A stretch of 64,000 bases of DNA from Chiloscyllium plagiosum (lineage: Eukaryota): contig NC_057732.1 in NCBI RefSeq assembly GCF_004010195.1, positions 45,848,098 through 45,912,097 on the forward strand, given 5' to 3'. The notes beneath the pieces were generated by a model, which did not search any database, was not told where the DNA came from, and saw only the letters and a program-made list of their open reading frames with translations. Of this stretch, positions 12,132 through 24,960 are shown in pieces (position 1 is the stretch's first letter; every line of letters starts with the position of its first letter). Both the position numbers and the translations under genes were made by a program.

Positions 12132-12220
12132 CCCTGAAGGGCTCATGCCCGAAACGTCGATTCTCCTGCTCCTTGGATGCTGCCTGACCTGCTGCGCTTT
12201 TCCAGTAACACATTTTCAGC
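12132..12220 (+). mobile_element. Family A PLE mini-element
   Basis: ctgaagggctcatgcccgaaacgtcgattctcctgctccttggatgctgcctgacctgctg; core lacks 3 nt. Confidence 0.85.
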
Positions 12221-12524
12221 AAAAAAAAAGGTCACTTGGCCATTGAATCCAGATTAGGCTTCGGCAAGTCCCCTCATCTTTCCCTGTAGCTTTCTTTTTT
12301 CCTTTACAAACTTCCCTCTTGGAACCACCATCGATTATTGCTCTATCTGATACAGCAATCATAATTCTGACTAATCATTGTGCATAAAAGGTTTATGGCG
12401 ATGTTTTTACTATCTTCCCAATCAGCTTAAATCTGCCATTTCAGCCATCATAAAGTGCTCCTCTTTAATTACTCTAAATTCTCAATTATTTTAACACCTC
12501 TCTGAAATCTGCTGCTCTCCAGAA

Positions 12525-12980
12525 GAATGTGGAAGCTTTGGAAAGGGTTCAGAGGCGGTTTACTAGGATGTCGCCTAGTATGGAAGGAAGGTCTTACGAG
12601 GAAAGGTTGAGGGACTTGATGCCATTTTCATTTGACAGGAGAAGGCATACAAGATAATCAGAGGGTTAGATAAGTTGGACAGTGAGAGCCTTTTTCCTCA
12701 GATAGTGATGGCTAGCACAAGGGGACGTAGCTTTAAATTGAGGGGTGATAGATATAGGACAGATGTCAGAGGTAGTTTCTTTACTCATAGTAGGGGCGTA
12801 GAACATACTGTCTGCAACAGTGGTAGACTTGCCAACTTTAAGGGCATTTAAATGGTCATTGGATAGGCATATGGACAAGAATGGAATAGTGTAGGTTAGA
12901 TGGGCTTCAGATTGGTTCCACAGGTCAACGCAACATCGAGGGCCAAAGGGCCTGTACTGCATTATAAATGTTTATGTTCT
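12525..12980 (+). mobile_element. CR1-type LINE 3' fragment
   Basis: Degenerate 'ALERVQRRFTRM' and CR1 3' UTR. Confidence 0.85.
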
Positions 12981-14008
12981 ATAATTCCATGGAAAACTGC
13001 CACCAAGCCTTCCCACTCTATCCACACATGCAGAATACCTCACCACAGGATACATACAGATAATTTTTTTCTATTCCCTCTCCAAAGCTTCCCTGCCCTT
13101 CCTAAAATATTTCTCTAGTACTCAGGGATGGAGTACTTTTTAATGTAGCATAGTATAGTGGTTACACAGCATCAGGAAATTTGGAACAAAAAGATCTTCA
13201 TTCTAGAGTGCAGAGTCCCGGTCTTCTTCATTTATTCCCACCACCCTTTCTCCATTGGCCCTCACACATCTCCCTCATACCCTCCATTCTCAGCTCTTCA
13301 CCAATCCGCACGAACCATCACACACTCCTTCTACACACATTGGTCAGGCCCTGACATCGTCTGTCGAACACTGTCCCAACTCATTTCCATGTCTTTGTGC
13401 TAACCTAATGCCTACTGATGTCAACCCATACCTGTGTCAACCAATCTTTGCCCTTATATCCTCCATACCAACACGCCCAGTATTCATCATGGAGCGGTGC
13501 GAAAATGATATAAACTTCAAAGTATCTGCTACAGATTTCACTTTGCTGATAAAAACCTAATCACTACACTTAAAACTACTGTACTCACTAACCCATCTTA
13601 AAGTTAGCTAGCCCCCCCTTCATCACATCACCTCTTGGAGTGGTCTAAAAAGCTGTAAATCTACAGCACCCTGCTGTGATAATGATAGGCTGTGCAAGTA
13701 GTCAAGTAGTAAAAATGTGGTAGTGACACCAATTTTCTCTTCAACTCAACACAGCAAGCTAGTTTTTACCCCATAGTTTACAGGGTAGAGGATTTAAGTA
13801 ACTTTGCAGCTGACAGCTCTACAAGCTGTCCTTTACAAGCACTGGCATGGACTCAAAACAAAAATAGTCCTCACTCTAGCAGAAATGGGGTCAATTAGAA
13901 CTCACCACTGAGTTGAATGAGCCTTGCTGGTTTCAGGTTTCCCACATGCATGAGTCACATCTCACCTCTCTGCCTTACCAGCAAAAGTAGGATCAGTTAG
14001 AAATGGAG

Positions 14009-14206
14009 TTGACAGTGTGGTGTTGGAAAAGGAGCAGGAGAATTGACATTTTGGGCAAAAGCCCTTCATCAGGATTCCTAATGAAGGGCTTATGCCCGAA
14101 ATGTCGATTCTCCTGTTCCTCGGATGCTGCCTGACCTGCTGTGCTTTTCTAGCAACACACACTTGACTCTAATCTCCAGCATCTGCAGTCCTCACTTTTG
14201 CCCTCT
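14009..14206. mobile_element. Family A palindromic PLE mini-element
   Basis: Head-to-head cores cccttcatcagga-ttcctaatgaaggg; TSD gttagaaat(g/a)gag at 13996-14008 and 14207-14219. Confidence 0.85.
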
Positions 14207-16369
14207 GTTAGAAATAGAGGCAGGACGTTGAGAACCATTGTCCCAGTAACATTTTGGATAAGATTCCGGATATTCAATACTCCACGAAAATCCAGGCTTT
14301 TTTTATAAATCCCGATGTCCTGACTGCTCAACCAGCTTCAAAGAATGAAGCAGAAACACGTCCAAGTCACTCCTTCCTTGTAAAGGGAGTAGGGGAAGGT
14401 CAAATGTAAAAACATAATCTACCACAGTGGGCTGTGAGCTCACGGTCTTTGGATCATTAATTTAGTCACATTATCACCTCCATATAACCACTACTCTCTC
14501 AGTTCATCTGAAGGAATGTTGTGGATTTGGGCACAAGCCTAGAAGTTTCAAGTAACAGAGTGGTGCACAGACCCAGATGCCCATGTGCCAAGATGACACC
14601 ATGCAGCTAGGCCTGGAATAAATGGGTGGACAGCAGGATTAGAATAACGCCCGTTCTGACCATGCACTTTCACAGAATGACAAACAGATGGAAATGTCAA
14701 TCTCACGCAAAGTACAACAGAAATCTTTTGCATTCAAATGCAGATAAACACAATGTTCAACCGCAACATGATAATTTACATTTTATTGGAAAATAAATTT
14801 GACTCACCAAAATAGGCACATTATACAAAATTATAGTTTCGTTCCAAGTACTCCAATGCCTTAAAGCCTGGTATAATTCATCACACTTATATAACAAACC
14901 ATGTTATTTGTTTATTTTTTGACTTCATGAGATATTGCTTCACAGTGACAATTATCCAAACGACATTATTGTGTAAATTATTGCTAGCTACGAGCTACAG
15001 CTCCCAGTGAAGTGGGCACTGTAATGTGTTTATGGAGAGATAACCTTAACTGCTTTGGCAAGCAGCATGTCTCAATGGCTTCAAAGGTTAGGGGTTAATT
15101 CCATTTAAAAACAGCAGCGATCGGATTTCTGCTCAGCTGAGCCACATCGAGAGGATCGCCATACCTTTATTGTGTTGATCGTTGCCCAATCACAGGAGCT
15201 AATTCATGGTAAAATCAAATCATTGGATGTTCCTCCCCTTCCCCACTATCCCTTGAAGGATTACAAATGAAACTGATATTCCTGACGACGCCAATCCTTG
15301 TTGTGTCACTTCCTTTCATCATGGAGATGGTCATTAAACCTAACAGCCAACAGCAGGGTCAAAGATGAAATACACTCACACACACCAAGAGCCAGATGTT
15401 GCGATATTATGCATGATGTAAAAACAATTGTTTGCCCATTTCAATTCTATATTTCTTGTCTCAGATTTTAAAACGGACACAGGACTGAACTGTAGAATTT
15501 ACAAAGAACATAAGGCGGTCCATTACAGCTGCAAACCTGTAATGCGATGAATCACAATCCAAACTTTTCCACAATGTTCCTCAATCCCTTCATTCTACAC
15601 TTTCCATTGCATCTTGAGCCTGTTCACATTGAAATGGTTTGACCTGACTATGATTTATCTGATTGCTTGGGTCCTTTTGGGGTGACCAGACGCTGCCTAT
15701 TTTCCTGTCTAACAGATGCTTTTTGCAAAGTGAATTCTTCTCCGCAGTGCAGATGTTTTCTTCATTCTAACTATACCTTCAATTAGCTTCAACTCAAGTC
15801 GTGGTAAACGGCTTTCTCCCTCTAGGGAGACAAACTCCACAGTTTTGTTTTGCCTCACCTCTGAGCCAAAAGGGAGCTCGGATCCTCAGGAGGACTCACA
15901 AAGACATAACTTAATTGTGAACTGTCATCTCCCAGTTGCCTTATCTATGCATGCCCTCACCACTGCGCAAATCCCTCATAATTCTTCCAATTCTCACTGG
16001 TATCCTGGTCAATAGCTATTCTTTAACCAGTCACAGCAGTGAAAATCTTTCCATTAGTTGACCGTCCTTTGTGGAAATTTCCTGTACTCCAATTGGTTGC
16101 CTTTTTCCCTATATTGTAACAGGTAACTCCACTTCTACAGCACGTGATTGGCTATTCAAAACAAAATCCTCACCCTTGACCTCTGTGTCCTCCAAAACTA
16201 CTGCCCTTTCCTTTCCAAAATCGTACATTACAGCAGCAACTACATTTCCAAAGCACTTTTGGACATTTGGAGATTGCAAAAGGTCTTACAAAAATTTAGG
16301 TTTGAATTCATACAGATGTCCTTAAGCTCATATAAATATGAACGTGAACTAACCTGATAATCTGGGTTT

Positions 16370-16650
16370 AGAGTGATATGGCGGTGGGATGAATATTAAC
16401 TAGGACATGGGCTCAAAAGCTCAGCATATATTCTCCAAATAAGTGCCCCCTAATATTTACATTGTCTTGAGAGGATGGGGGCTGGAGGAAGAATGGCCTT
16501 AGTTGAATTTCTCATCTGAAAACCAGAATCTCCGACATTAAAGCACTCCTTCAGTACTGGCCAACCTAGACTGTGCTTTAGAGACGTCGCTGGGACTTGA
16601 ATTCCCTGACTTTCCGACTTGCACGTAAGAGATTCACTGAGCCACCTAAT
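16370..16650 (-). mobile_element. Old DeuSINE/SacSINE1-like SINE
   Basis: Minus strand cagtactgaaggagtgctttaatgtcggagattctggttttcagatgagaaatt resembles the Deu-domain. Confidence 0.55.
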
Positions 16651-17177
16651 GCTCCTAATACCATCCCCACTTAGATCAGGCAACTCAGCAAAAAAAAAAG
16701 CAGAGATAAACCTTTAGCTTTTCCTGCTTTGTTAGACTCAGTACCAGATTGAGCCAGAGGGTAGGCATGTCATTTGCTGAAACACCAGCATAAATTGTAA
16801 TTGAACAGGAACCGTCGTGTTCTGTACCATTAACTTTAGTAATAAGTTATCGTGTGATGTGCCATTAGTATAATAAAAAAAACCTGCTCTACTTCAAACA
16901 AAAGTTAATCACCCATGAAAGTGTGTTAAGTTTAATAGAAAGATATTCATCACTCAAAATGTTTAACAGGCGAAGTGCACATCAGCACACTGGCCCAATC
17001 ACTGTCACTTTGTTCCATAAAGCAGACAAAGCCAAACTGTAGAAAGCACCAGAAGTGTAAAGTGACTTGGCCAAGAGCCGTGACTTGGAGTTTTCACATT
17101 CAACCAGGTAGAACTGTGCAATGGGACCCCCACATTCAGGGTGAAACCCCACGTTGTCACATAATCAAAACAGAATT

Positions 17178-17488
17178 CGGCACGGTAGCTTAGTGGTCAG
17201 CACCACTGCCTCATAGCACCAGGGTCCCAGGTTCGATTTCAGCCTCGGGCAACTGTCTGTGTGGAATTTGCACGTTCTCCCAGTGTCTGCGTGGGTTTCC
17301 TCTGGGTGCTGTGGTTTCCTCCCACAATCCAAAGATGTGCAGGTCAGGTGAATTGGCCATGCTAAATTGCCCATAATGGTAGGTGCATTAGTCAGAGGGA
17401 AATGGGTCTGGGTGGGTTACTCTTCAGAGGGTCGGTGTGGTCTTGTTGGGCCGAAGAGCCTGTTTCCACACTGTAGCGAATCTAATCT
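17178..17488 (+). mobile_element. HE1-type SINE
   Basis: A/B boxes, V-domain, tail ctgtttccacactgtag..atctaatct. Confidence 0.9.
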
Positions 17489-19069
17489 TACTCTGCATGT
17501 GGGATGTTGGCAGGTTGCAAAGTGACAGAGACCCAACCAGATCTTCAGTAGATTTCCCTATTTCCTGCTGTCAGATCCCTTAGAGAGACAGAGAAAGATT
17601 GGTCCCTTGGAACCACTTCCCATCCCAAGATGATCATAAGCTTGTCAGCAACAGTGGGTGAAGCCATCATGTCAACATTAATTGGCAATTTGAGCTTCAA
17701 GTGGCCTCTGGCCAGGAAGGCTGTCTAAATGTACGGGGGAAGAGTGTGAATGGCAGAGTGTCCACCCTGTAACTCTCTTGCGCAAATGGAAACCCCCTCA
17801 CTCCACGTCAGAACTCACCTCCAGGAAGGCATTAACTAGTTCCACCATCCACTGCCCTCAGTCATGTTCACAAACTTCAGACGGGCACCAAATCTCATAA
17901 GCTCATGAAGAGAAAACCCATAGCTCGCAGCAATAAGCTAAATAATTATAAATAGTGCCCTTGTCCAAACAAATCATTGCATGGTGCTTCCCAATTGTAA
18001 CTGGACAAACACGGATACAATACCAAAGAAGGAGATAGTATGATATGTAGCAAAACATTCACAAGAGAGGACAGATTTAAGGAGCATTTTAAAGGAAGAG
18101 AGGTGAAAAGTTGAGGAAAATAATTCCAGAACGGGCACGTCTAGAAGACAAGGCCACAAGAGGCCAGTGTTGGAGGAACATAGAGTTCTCACAGGGTTAG
18201 AGGTGGCTATAAAGACAAAGAAGGCTCAAAACTACAGAAAGCTTTGAAGATGAAGATTATAATATTAAGACTGAGGCGCTGTTGGAGAGGAGCCAATTTA
18301 GGTCAGTGAATGATGTGTGAGCACTATTTGATGCCAAGGACCTTAGGTTATTTGCAAAACTGTAATCTATTGAGAAAGCATCAGCTTCAGGGGGCAAAGG
18401 AGAAAACTGCGGGACAAGGATAAAAAAAAATTACCATTCTAATTCTGGAAAAAGTACAAAATGGTTATTAGGTACGCTGAAGAAGAGAGTTCTTGTTTGA
18501 AACAAGTTCCAGTTGAAAGCATGATTGACCCATAACATATACACATTTCTGTAATTATCATGAGATGGTGAAAGACATATCACAGTGTGCTCCACAACAC
18601 AAAAAAAAACTTCAGAAAGGTACTGTAATTAGCTGTCTCTATTTCCTTTCTGCAGCCTCTACAAAGAGCTGTGTACCCTCCTCAGCTGTGCAGCCAACTG
18701 TAGATGGGAGCCTTGCTCTGTCACTGTGGGCTGGAACTGGGATAATTGCTGGCCTTTTCAATCTGTCTCCTTGCATTAACCCACTGGGAAAAGCCTGTGA
18801 CACAAACAGGCACATGAATGGCACACACTGCGCTAAATGCGTACATCAGAAATACTGGGAGGGGCCAGTGGGGGAGAAAAGGAGAAATGGAACTTAAACT
18901 CCCTTCTATAAGTTACATCAAAGAATTTGGCACACACTTTATTTGCATGTTTGATGATGCGATTTTAATCACTAACCTTACTTCTGACCTTGTCTGAATT
19001 CCCTCCACAATAACCCAGCTGAAATAAACTATTGATATAATCTAGTTTACCTCGCAAGGACGCTCTTCA

Positions 19070-19307
19070 CCCTGAGAGAGGGAGATACTGTAGGGTACAC
19101 ACCGCTCTCCCCATTCGGGAGATACTGTAGGGTACACACCGCTCTCCCCATTCCCCTGGGAGAGGGAGATACTGTAGGGTATATCGCTCTCCCCATTCCC
19201 CTGGGAGAGGGAGATACTGTAGGGTACACACCGCTTCCCCATTCCCCTGGGAGAGGGAGATATGGTAGGGTACACACCGCTCTCCCCATTCCCCTGGGAG
19301 AGGAGGT
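19070..19307. repeat. 47-bp minisatellite (about 5 units)
   Basis: Unit ggagatactgtagggtacacaccgctctccccattcccctgggagag. Confidence 0.95.
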
Positions 19308-19419
19308 ATTGTGTATGCCTTGCTCGGTCTAATCACCTTATGATCTGTTTGTCCTTGCATATTAAGCTCTGCCCATACTGCACACAAAAAAAACTTTTCA
19401 TGTTAATAAATCAAATCAA

Positions 19420-20066
19420 TGGAGTAGTGTACACAGCTCACTCCCCGGGAACTGGTATACATGGCTCACTCCCTGCCTCCCTGGGGAGTGGGGTACACTG
19501 CTCTGAATCTGGGGGGGGGGGGGGTACACAACTCTCTCCTCACTCTCTGGAGATTGAGGTACAATGTTCTCTCCCTGCTTCCCCCTGGGGAGTGAGGTAC
19601 ATGGCTCTCTCTCCCCAGGGAGTGGGGTATAGGCTCTCTCCCTGGAGAGAGGGGTACACGGCTCTCTCCCCGTTCCCCAGGGAGTGGGGTACACGGCTCT
19701 CTCCCTGGAGAGAGGGGTACACGGCTCTCTCCCCGTTCCCCAGGGATTGGGGTACACGGCTCTCTCTCCCCGGGGGAGTGGGGTACACAGCTCTCTCCGC
19801 TCCCCGGAAAGTGGGGTACACGGCTCTCTCTCCCCGGGGGAGTGGGGTACATGGCTCTCTCTCCCCGGGGGAGTGGGGTACACAGCTCTCTCCGCTCCCT
19901 GGAAAGTGGGGTACACGGCTCTCTCTCCCCGAGGGAGTGGGGTACACGGCTCTCTCTCCCCGGGGGAGTGGGGTACACTGCTCTCTCTCCCCGGGGGAGT
20001 GGGGTACACAGCTCTCTCCGCTCCCCGGAAAGTGGGGTACTCTGCTCTCTCCCTGCTCCCCGGGGA
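19420..20066. repeat. GC-rich minisatellite, related 28-34 bp units
   Basis: Unit approx. gctctctctccccgggggagtggggtacacg; explains all long ORFs 19262-20183. Confidence 0.95.
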
Positions 20067-20708
20067 ATGGAGTTTATTGTGACCTATAACATCCAAAATA
20101 AGCTGGGTGTATTAATTCATTTCAGACACCAGCCAAACCTTTCCCAGCATGCATCTGAGCTATTTGGTCAGAGAAATAAGTAAGTATCAGTCCCTCAAGG
20201 TACACTTGAGCCTCTCTCCCCCTCCCTGCCCCCTACCCCGGACACCCCTAAAATCAGGGTGTGTCACTGTACTGATGAAGAGAGAGTGACATCTGCTTGC
20301 TGCTTTCCAATCTGAGACACGGTTCTTAACAGGGAGTGCACCCTGTACACAGGGTGTTCCTCTTGTACACAGTTACTGCTCCGTGACCATCCTGTCACAA
20401 CTTAAGGACAGAATTGCTGCCTCATTAGCATGTAAGCCGCAAATGTTAAAAGTGAGATCCACAACAACCAACAGAAAAGGTGTTGTTTTGAAGCAATTCG
20501 GCAATCATTCCTTTGTTTTTGGGCATGGTGGCCAAAGCAACAGTTGTGCTAAAGCAAAGAGTTTCTCACCTCCAGGCTCGAATGACTGGAGTTAGTTTTC
20601 ACGTGGTTTTGGCCTCATCATTAACGAGGCATGTGTGCTGTTTGTCAAGCTGCAGGTCTTTCCTTTTGTAACATAAAATAAAAGCAGCATTTTATTCCAC
20701 TGTCATGA

Positions 20709-20926
20709 TCAAACGTGCTGGCTGCTGATCCCCATGGTCAGCAGGAGATAAAACACACGCTGTCGAGTACAGGACCGGAGGGTAACAACGTTAGAGAAAA
20801 TTGGAAGGGTGGCAATTTGAGAATTCCACTTCGACCAGACAGCACTGTACATCACATAACTGTTGGAAGACAGACTGACTATCATCTCTGCATCTTCAAA
20901 CAACTGATTTAGGAGGGCGTTAAGTT
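20709..20926 (-). CDS. Possible terminal coding exon of an unidentified gene
   Basis: Acceptor attatctcttccag; open frame (E)LNALLNQLFEDAEMIVSLSSNSYVMYSAVWSKWNSQIATLPIFSNVVTLRSCTRQRVFYLLLTMGISSQHV*; AATAAA 12 nt after the stop (20691-20696); several retained CpGs; no family recognised. Confidence 0.35.
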
Positions 20927-21199
20927 CTGGAAGAGATAATACTGAAGTGTACCTTAAGCACCAACCATTATGATGACACATCAACTCATTGGGCAAACAA
21001 CTTATGGTCTTGAAGGAGTTAGACCTACAATGTGGCTCTTCCTCTTTGTCTCTGGAACAATATCTATTGCATCAATGCAACTTGTATGGACTCACTATCA
21101 TGCAATAAACGACATGTTTAAAAACAAAACAGCCTCACATCATTAGATCTTCAGGTGGGTGTCCTTTTACCACAGGAGACCAATCTTCCTTGTTACACC

Positions 21200-21345
21200 C
21201 GAAACTAAAAACCAAAGAACTGTTGATGCTGCATATTACACTTCTGAAGAAGGGTCACTGTATCTGAAATTTTAACTCTGCTTTCTCTTCACTGATGCTG
21301 CCATACTTGCCGAGTTTCTCCAGCTTATTGTTGTTTTTGTTTCTT
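21200..21345 (+). mobile_element. Family C PLE mini-element (degenerate hammerhead)
   Basis: ctgaagaagggtcactgtatctgaaattttaactctgctttctc; flanked by repeated cttgttaca. Confidence 0.75.
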
Positions 21346-21426
21346 GTTACAATCGCAATGGAAAGAGTGCACCAACTAGTGTTATCCAATTATTATTATT
21401 GGCAATTATTATATTCTCATCTGTTT

Positions 21427-21574
21427 CTTTAACCGCCTTTGCATCGATATTGAATAAGTCTGTTTTCAAAAATGTCAATGGTTAATTGTTTATTAAGGTT
21501 TCTATAATAAACAATTAACCATTGACTTTTTAAAAAAAAAGACTTATTCAATATCGATGCAAAGACAGTTAAAG
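21427..21574. repeat. AT-rich long inverted repeat (about 69-bp arms, 9-nt loop)
   Basis: ctttaaccgcctttgcatcgatattgaataagtc...gtcaatggttaattgtttatta / taataaacaattaaccattgac...gacttattcaatatcgatgcaaagacagttaaag. Confidence 0.9.
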
Positions 21575-21636
21575 AGCAATTAAAGAAATTTGCTCTGCAA
21601 AGATCATCTTTACAATGAAAAATAGCTCTAAACAGT

Positions 21637-21940
21637 TTAGATTAGATTACTTACAGTGTGGAAACAGGCCCTTCGGCCCAACAAGTCCACACCGACCCGC
21701 TGAAGCGCAACCCACCCAGCCCCTTTCCCCGACATTTACCCCTTCACCGAACACTATGGGCAATTTAACATGGCCAATTCACCTAACCTGCACATTTTTG
21801 GACTGTGGGAAGAAATCGGAGCACCCGGACACAGGGAGAATGTGCAAACTCCACACAGACAGTTGCCCAAGGTGGGAATTGAACCCAGGTCTCTGGCACT
21901 GTGAGGCAGCAGTGCTAACCACTGTGCCACCGTGCCGCCC
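21637..21940 (-). mobile_element. HE1-type SINE, near full length
   Basis: Starts GGGCGGCACGGTGGCACAGTGGTTAGC on the minus strand; ends (TCTAA)n. Confidence 0.92.
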
Positions 21941-22767
21941 ATTTTTAAAAATGGTTAATTCACAAAGAACAACTATGAACAATATTTGAAAAGTTCCTGA
22001 TGGCTTTCTGTCTGGTGTCCTCGCACACATAGCTAGATGTCACTAGACGTGTAGTTCTCAGTGGGATCTTTGCAAACGAAGTTCATTCAGGACACTGGGG
22101 AAGCATTTCAGGAGCTTCTCAGGAGAATATCTGTGTTAGTTTTCTTTTAAGCAATCTCTCCCAAAGGTCTCAGAAGAATTTTCAAAACAAATTTCATAGG
22201 ATATGTTGGGTGTCCTCTTAGCAGGCTGTGCACCAGCTAAACTCCAAGTATGATCAAAAAGCCACAACTCCTGACAGCCACAAACCTGGACATGTGACTG
22301 CCAACAAACAAGTCCAAGTTGTTAACTTAAGACATGTGACTACTGGTCAGTATCTTTAGAAAGAAGTGTCCTAAATTTCTTTCAATTTTGTTTTTGACAA
22401 AAAACAAATTCATACCTCCCTAGTCTTTAGAGTTCACAGTTTTAATTTTGAAAGAGCTTTCATAACACACTAGACTCCTACCAGCAGAGAGGATGGAGGC
22501 AGAAACTCTGAGAACCATCTTACAATAACAGCCCATCAGAGAGCTGCACAGCCGGAAACCTGAGAGCGTGAGATCTGCCAATGTCTCTCAACCAGGGATG
22601 CCATCTGTTCTGGAGATGACCTTAACACAGTAGACTATGACACAAGAAAAAGATAACTTAAAAGAAACAAGACTGAACACAACTGCCTGGCAGAAGGAGT
22701 CTAATGTTATGCAATGATCTGTTAGAGGTATCAAATTTCAGAGTGGCAGCAGAACAAGGTGAAAGAA

Positions 22768-23110
22768 TGATTTGGAGATGCTGGTGTTGGACTGGGGTGT
22801 ACAAAGTTAAAAATCACACAAAACCAGGTTATAGTCCAACAGGTTTAATTGGAAGCACACTAGCTTTCGGAGCGATACTCCTTCATCAGGTGATAGTGGA
22901 GGGCTTGATCATAACAGAATTTATAGCAAAAATTTGCAGTGTGATGTAACTGAAATTATACATTGAAAAATTGATTGTCTGTTAAGCCTTTCATCTGTTA
23001 GAATACAGTGATAGTTTCACTTCTTTCATGTGTAAATCACAAAACCTTTTTTTTTAAAGTTGCATTCTTGGGTTAGCTGTTAACAATGGTGATAGCTGGG
23101 CAATGTGTTG
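22768..23110 (-). mobile_element. Family B PLE 3' fragment with hammerhead
   Basis: 12-bp TSD aaggtgaaagaa at 22756-22767 and 23111-23122; family B consensus. Confidence 0.88.
22861..22889 (-). ncRNA. Minimal hammerhead ribozyme motif (family B)
   Basis: Minus strand cac-CUGAUGA-A-GGAGU(AUC)GCUCC-GAAAG-CUA-gug; stem I cac/gug pairs. Confidence 0.75.
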
Positions 23111-23231
23111 AAGGTGAAAGAAAATCTTCAAATCCTGGCAATGTGTGCTGGCCCCTGAACTGAATGAAGACATCGGACCAGTGACTTGTGTCAATAGTTA
23201 ACCTCTAACCCAGGGCAGGTACTGCAGGAGC

Positions 23232-23454
23232 AATGATGTGGAGGTGCTGGTGTTGGATTGGGGTGGACAAAGTTAAAAATCGCACAACACCAGTTTATAG
23301 TCCAACAGGTTTATTTGGAAGCACTAGCTTTTTGAGCTGCTCCTTCATCAGGTAATTACTGCCCCTCTAGTTACATGGCAAAGGAGCAGCGCACTGAAAG
23401 CTAGTGTTTCCAAATGAACCTGTTGGACTATAAACTTGTGTTGTATGATTTTTA
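23232..23454. mobile_element. Family B palindromic PLE element (decayed)
   Basis: Inverted arms; TSD actgca(g/a)gagc at 23221-23231 and 23455-23465. Confidence 0.85.
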
Positions 23455-23559
23455 ACTGCAAGAGCTGTTCAACTGTATTGGTCTCAGCTCCACTGGGCCC
23501 AGATTCCTGAGAGTCCTGTGGTGACTGGTTTCAAACAACAAGAGGATGGGAGAGTGGTT

Positions 23560-23780
23560 TGTGTGTGCAATGAACTGCTTGAGGAAGTGGTGGATGCAGG
23601 TATACAAATCCAAATGTCTTTTAAACATTTGTAAAAATCCATGAATAGGAAAGGTTTGGAGGGAAAGGAACCAGAAGCAAGCAGGAGGAACTAGTTTACT
23701 TCAGGACTATGGCTAGCATGGACTGGTTGGACCGATACTCCTTCATCAGGTCTATTTCCATGTTGTATGACTCTATGACG
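23560..23780 (+). mobile_element. CR1/HER1 LINE 3' end
   Basis: aatgaactgcttgaggaagtggtgga...tatgactctatga tail. Confidence 0.8.
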
Positions 23781-23914
23781 ACAAGAGGACAAAAGAAACA
23801 CAAATATACGATCCCAATCATGGAAACATCTTTCCTGGGATGAAATAAACTGGTGGGAAGTTAAAACAGGGTCCAAGACTTCATGCAAAATCAAGGAAAA
23901 TACAATAATACATT

Positions 23915-24205
23915 GGGGCAAAGCCTCAAAATAAGGGATAGCAGATTTAGGACTGAGCTGAGTAGGAACTTCTTCACCCAAAGAGTTGTGAATCTGTGGA
24001 ATTCCCTGCCCAGTGAAGCAGTTGAGGCTGCATCGATGAACATTTTTAAGGCAAAGATAGATTTTTCAACAGTAAAGGAATTAAAGGTTATGGTGGGCGG
24101 GTGGGGAATTGGAGCTGAGTCCGCAAAAATATAAGTCACGATCTTACTGAATGGTGGAGCTGATCCGAGGGGGGTCAGACGGCCTACTCCTGCTCCTTTT
24201 CCTTA
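23915..24205 (+). mobile_element. CR1-type LINE 3' end
   Basis: 'RNFFTQRVVNLWNSLPSEAVEA' motif. Confidence 0.88.
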
Positions 24206-24819
24206 TTATCGCAAGGAGAAGAATGAGCAGCCTGGGGAAGAAACAGCAACCGAATGGCAGCATCGCAATTGAAGGATCAAACACACTCCAACAACAGGAA
24301 TCTTCAAAACAACTCATTCAACTTCTGTTACTCACCCACAATCACTGTCCTTTTTAAACTTTTAATTATCAAAATATTTCTTGGCTATTTCGTTTGTGTA
24401 TGTCCTGTGTAACCAGATTACAAGATAGATTTCAATAAACTAGGCCCCTTTGGCCCTCTTAAATTAATCTCTCCAGAATGCCAACCTGGTCACAGCTGGT
24501 CAGGTGTAGCCACAAGCCAAAAACAAAACAAAACTCCATTCTTTCTGCGTATAACCTGCCTTTAATCAAAAACTTGACAAGACGCCCATCCTCTCTGGGC
24601 CTCCCAGTGTAGAGCTGTATTGTGACAGCTCTGAATAACTCACACCAAACCAGTGGCACCTTTTACATTTGGTCCACGGAAACTACCTCCAGGCTATTTC
24701 ACGCAAGAAGCCACATGCCTACACAAGCTGAAGGATACAGTACTGACATTCCATCCATGCCCTTGTGCTGAAGTTAAGGCACCTCAGTTATCAGGTGTCA
24801 GGTATCAGTTTTCAGGAGG

Positions 24820-24836
24820 TGGGGGCGGGGGTGGGT

Positions 24837-24867
<31 letters not shown>
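24820..24867 (+). repeat. G-rich tract ending in G31
   Basis: Seen directly (G run 24837-24867). Confidence 0.95.
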
Positions 24868-24960
24868 CTGGATTCACAGGATCTTTGTCTGGGTTCAAAC
24901 CTCAGTTCCGAGGCTCAAGTGTATAATTGAGGCTGGCACCTCGATGTGTAGTCTTATTCA

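Noticed and set aside
18639-18793. Minus-strand ORF after an acceptor-like tgtcacag
   Set aside because: No recognisable protein and no linked exon
19262-20183. Longest ORFs (275, 226, 170 aa)
   Set aside because: Translations of a stop-poor minisatellite, open in many frames on both strands
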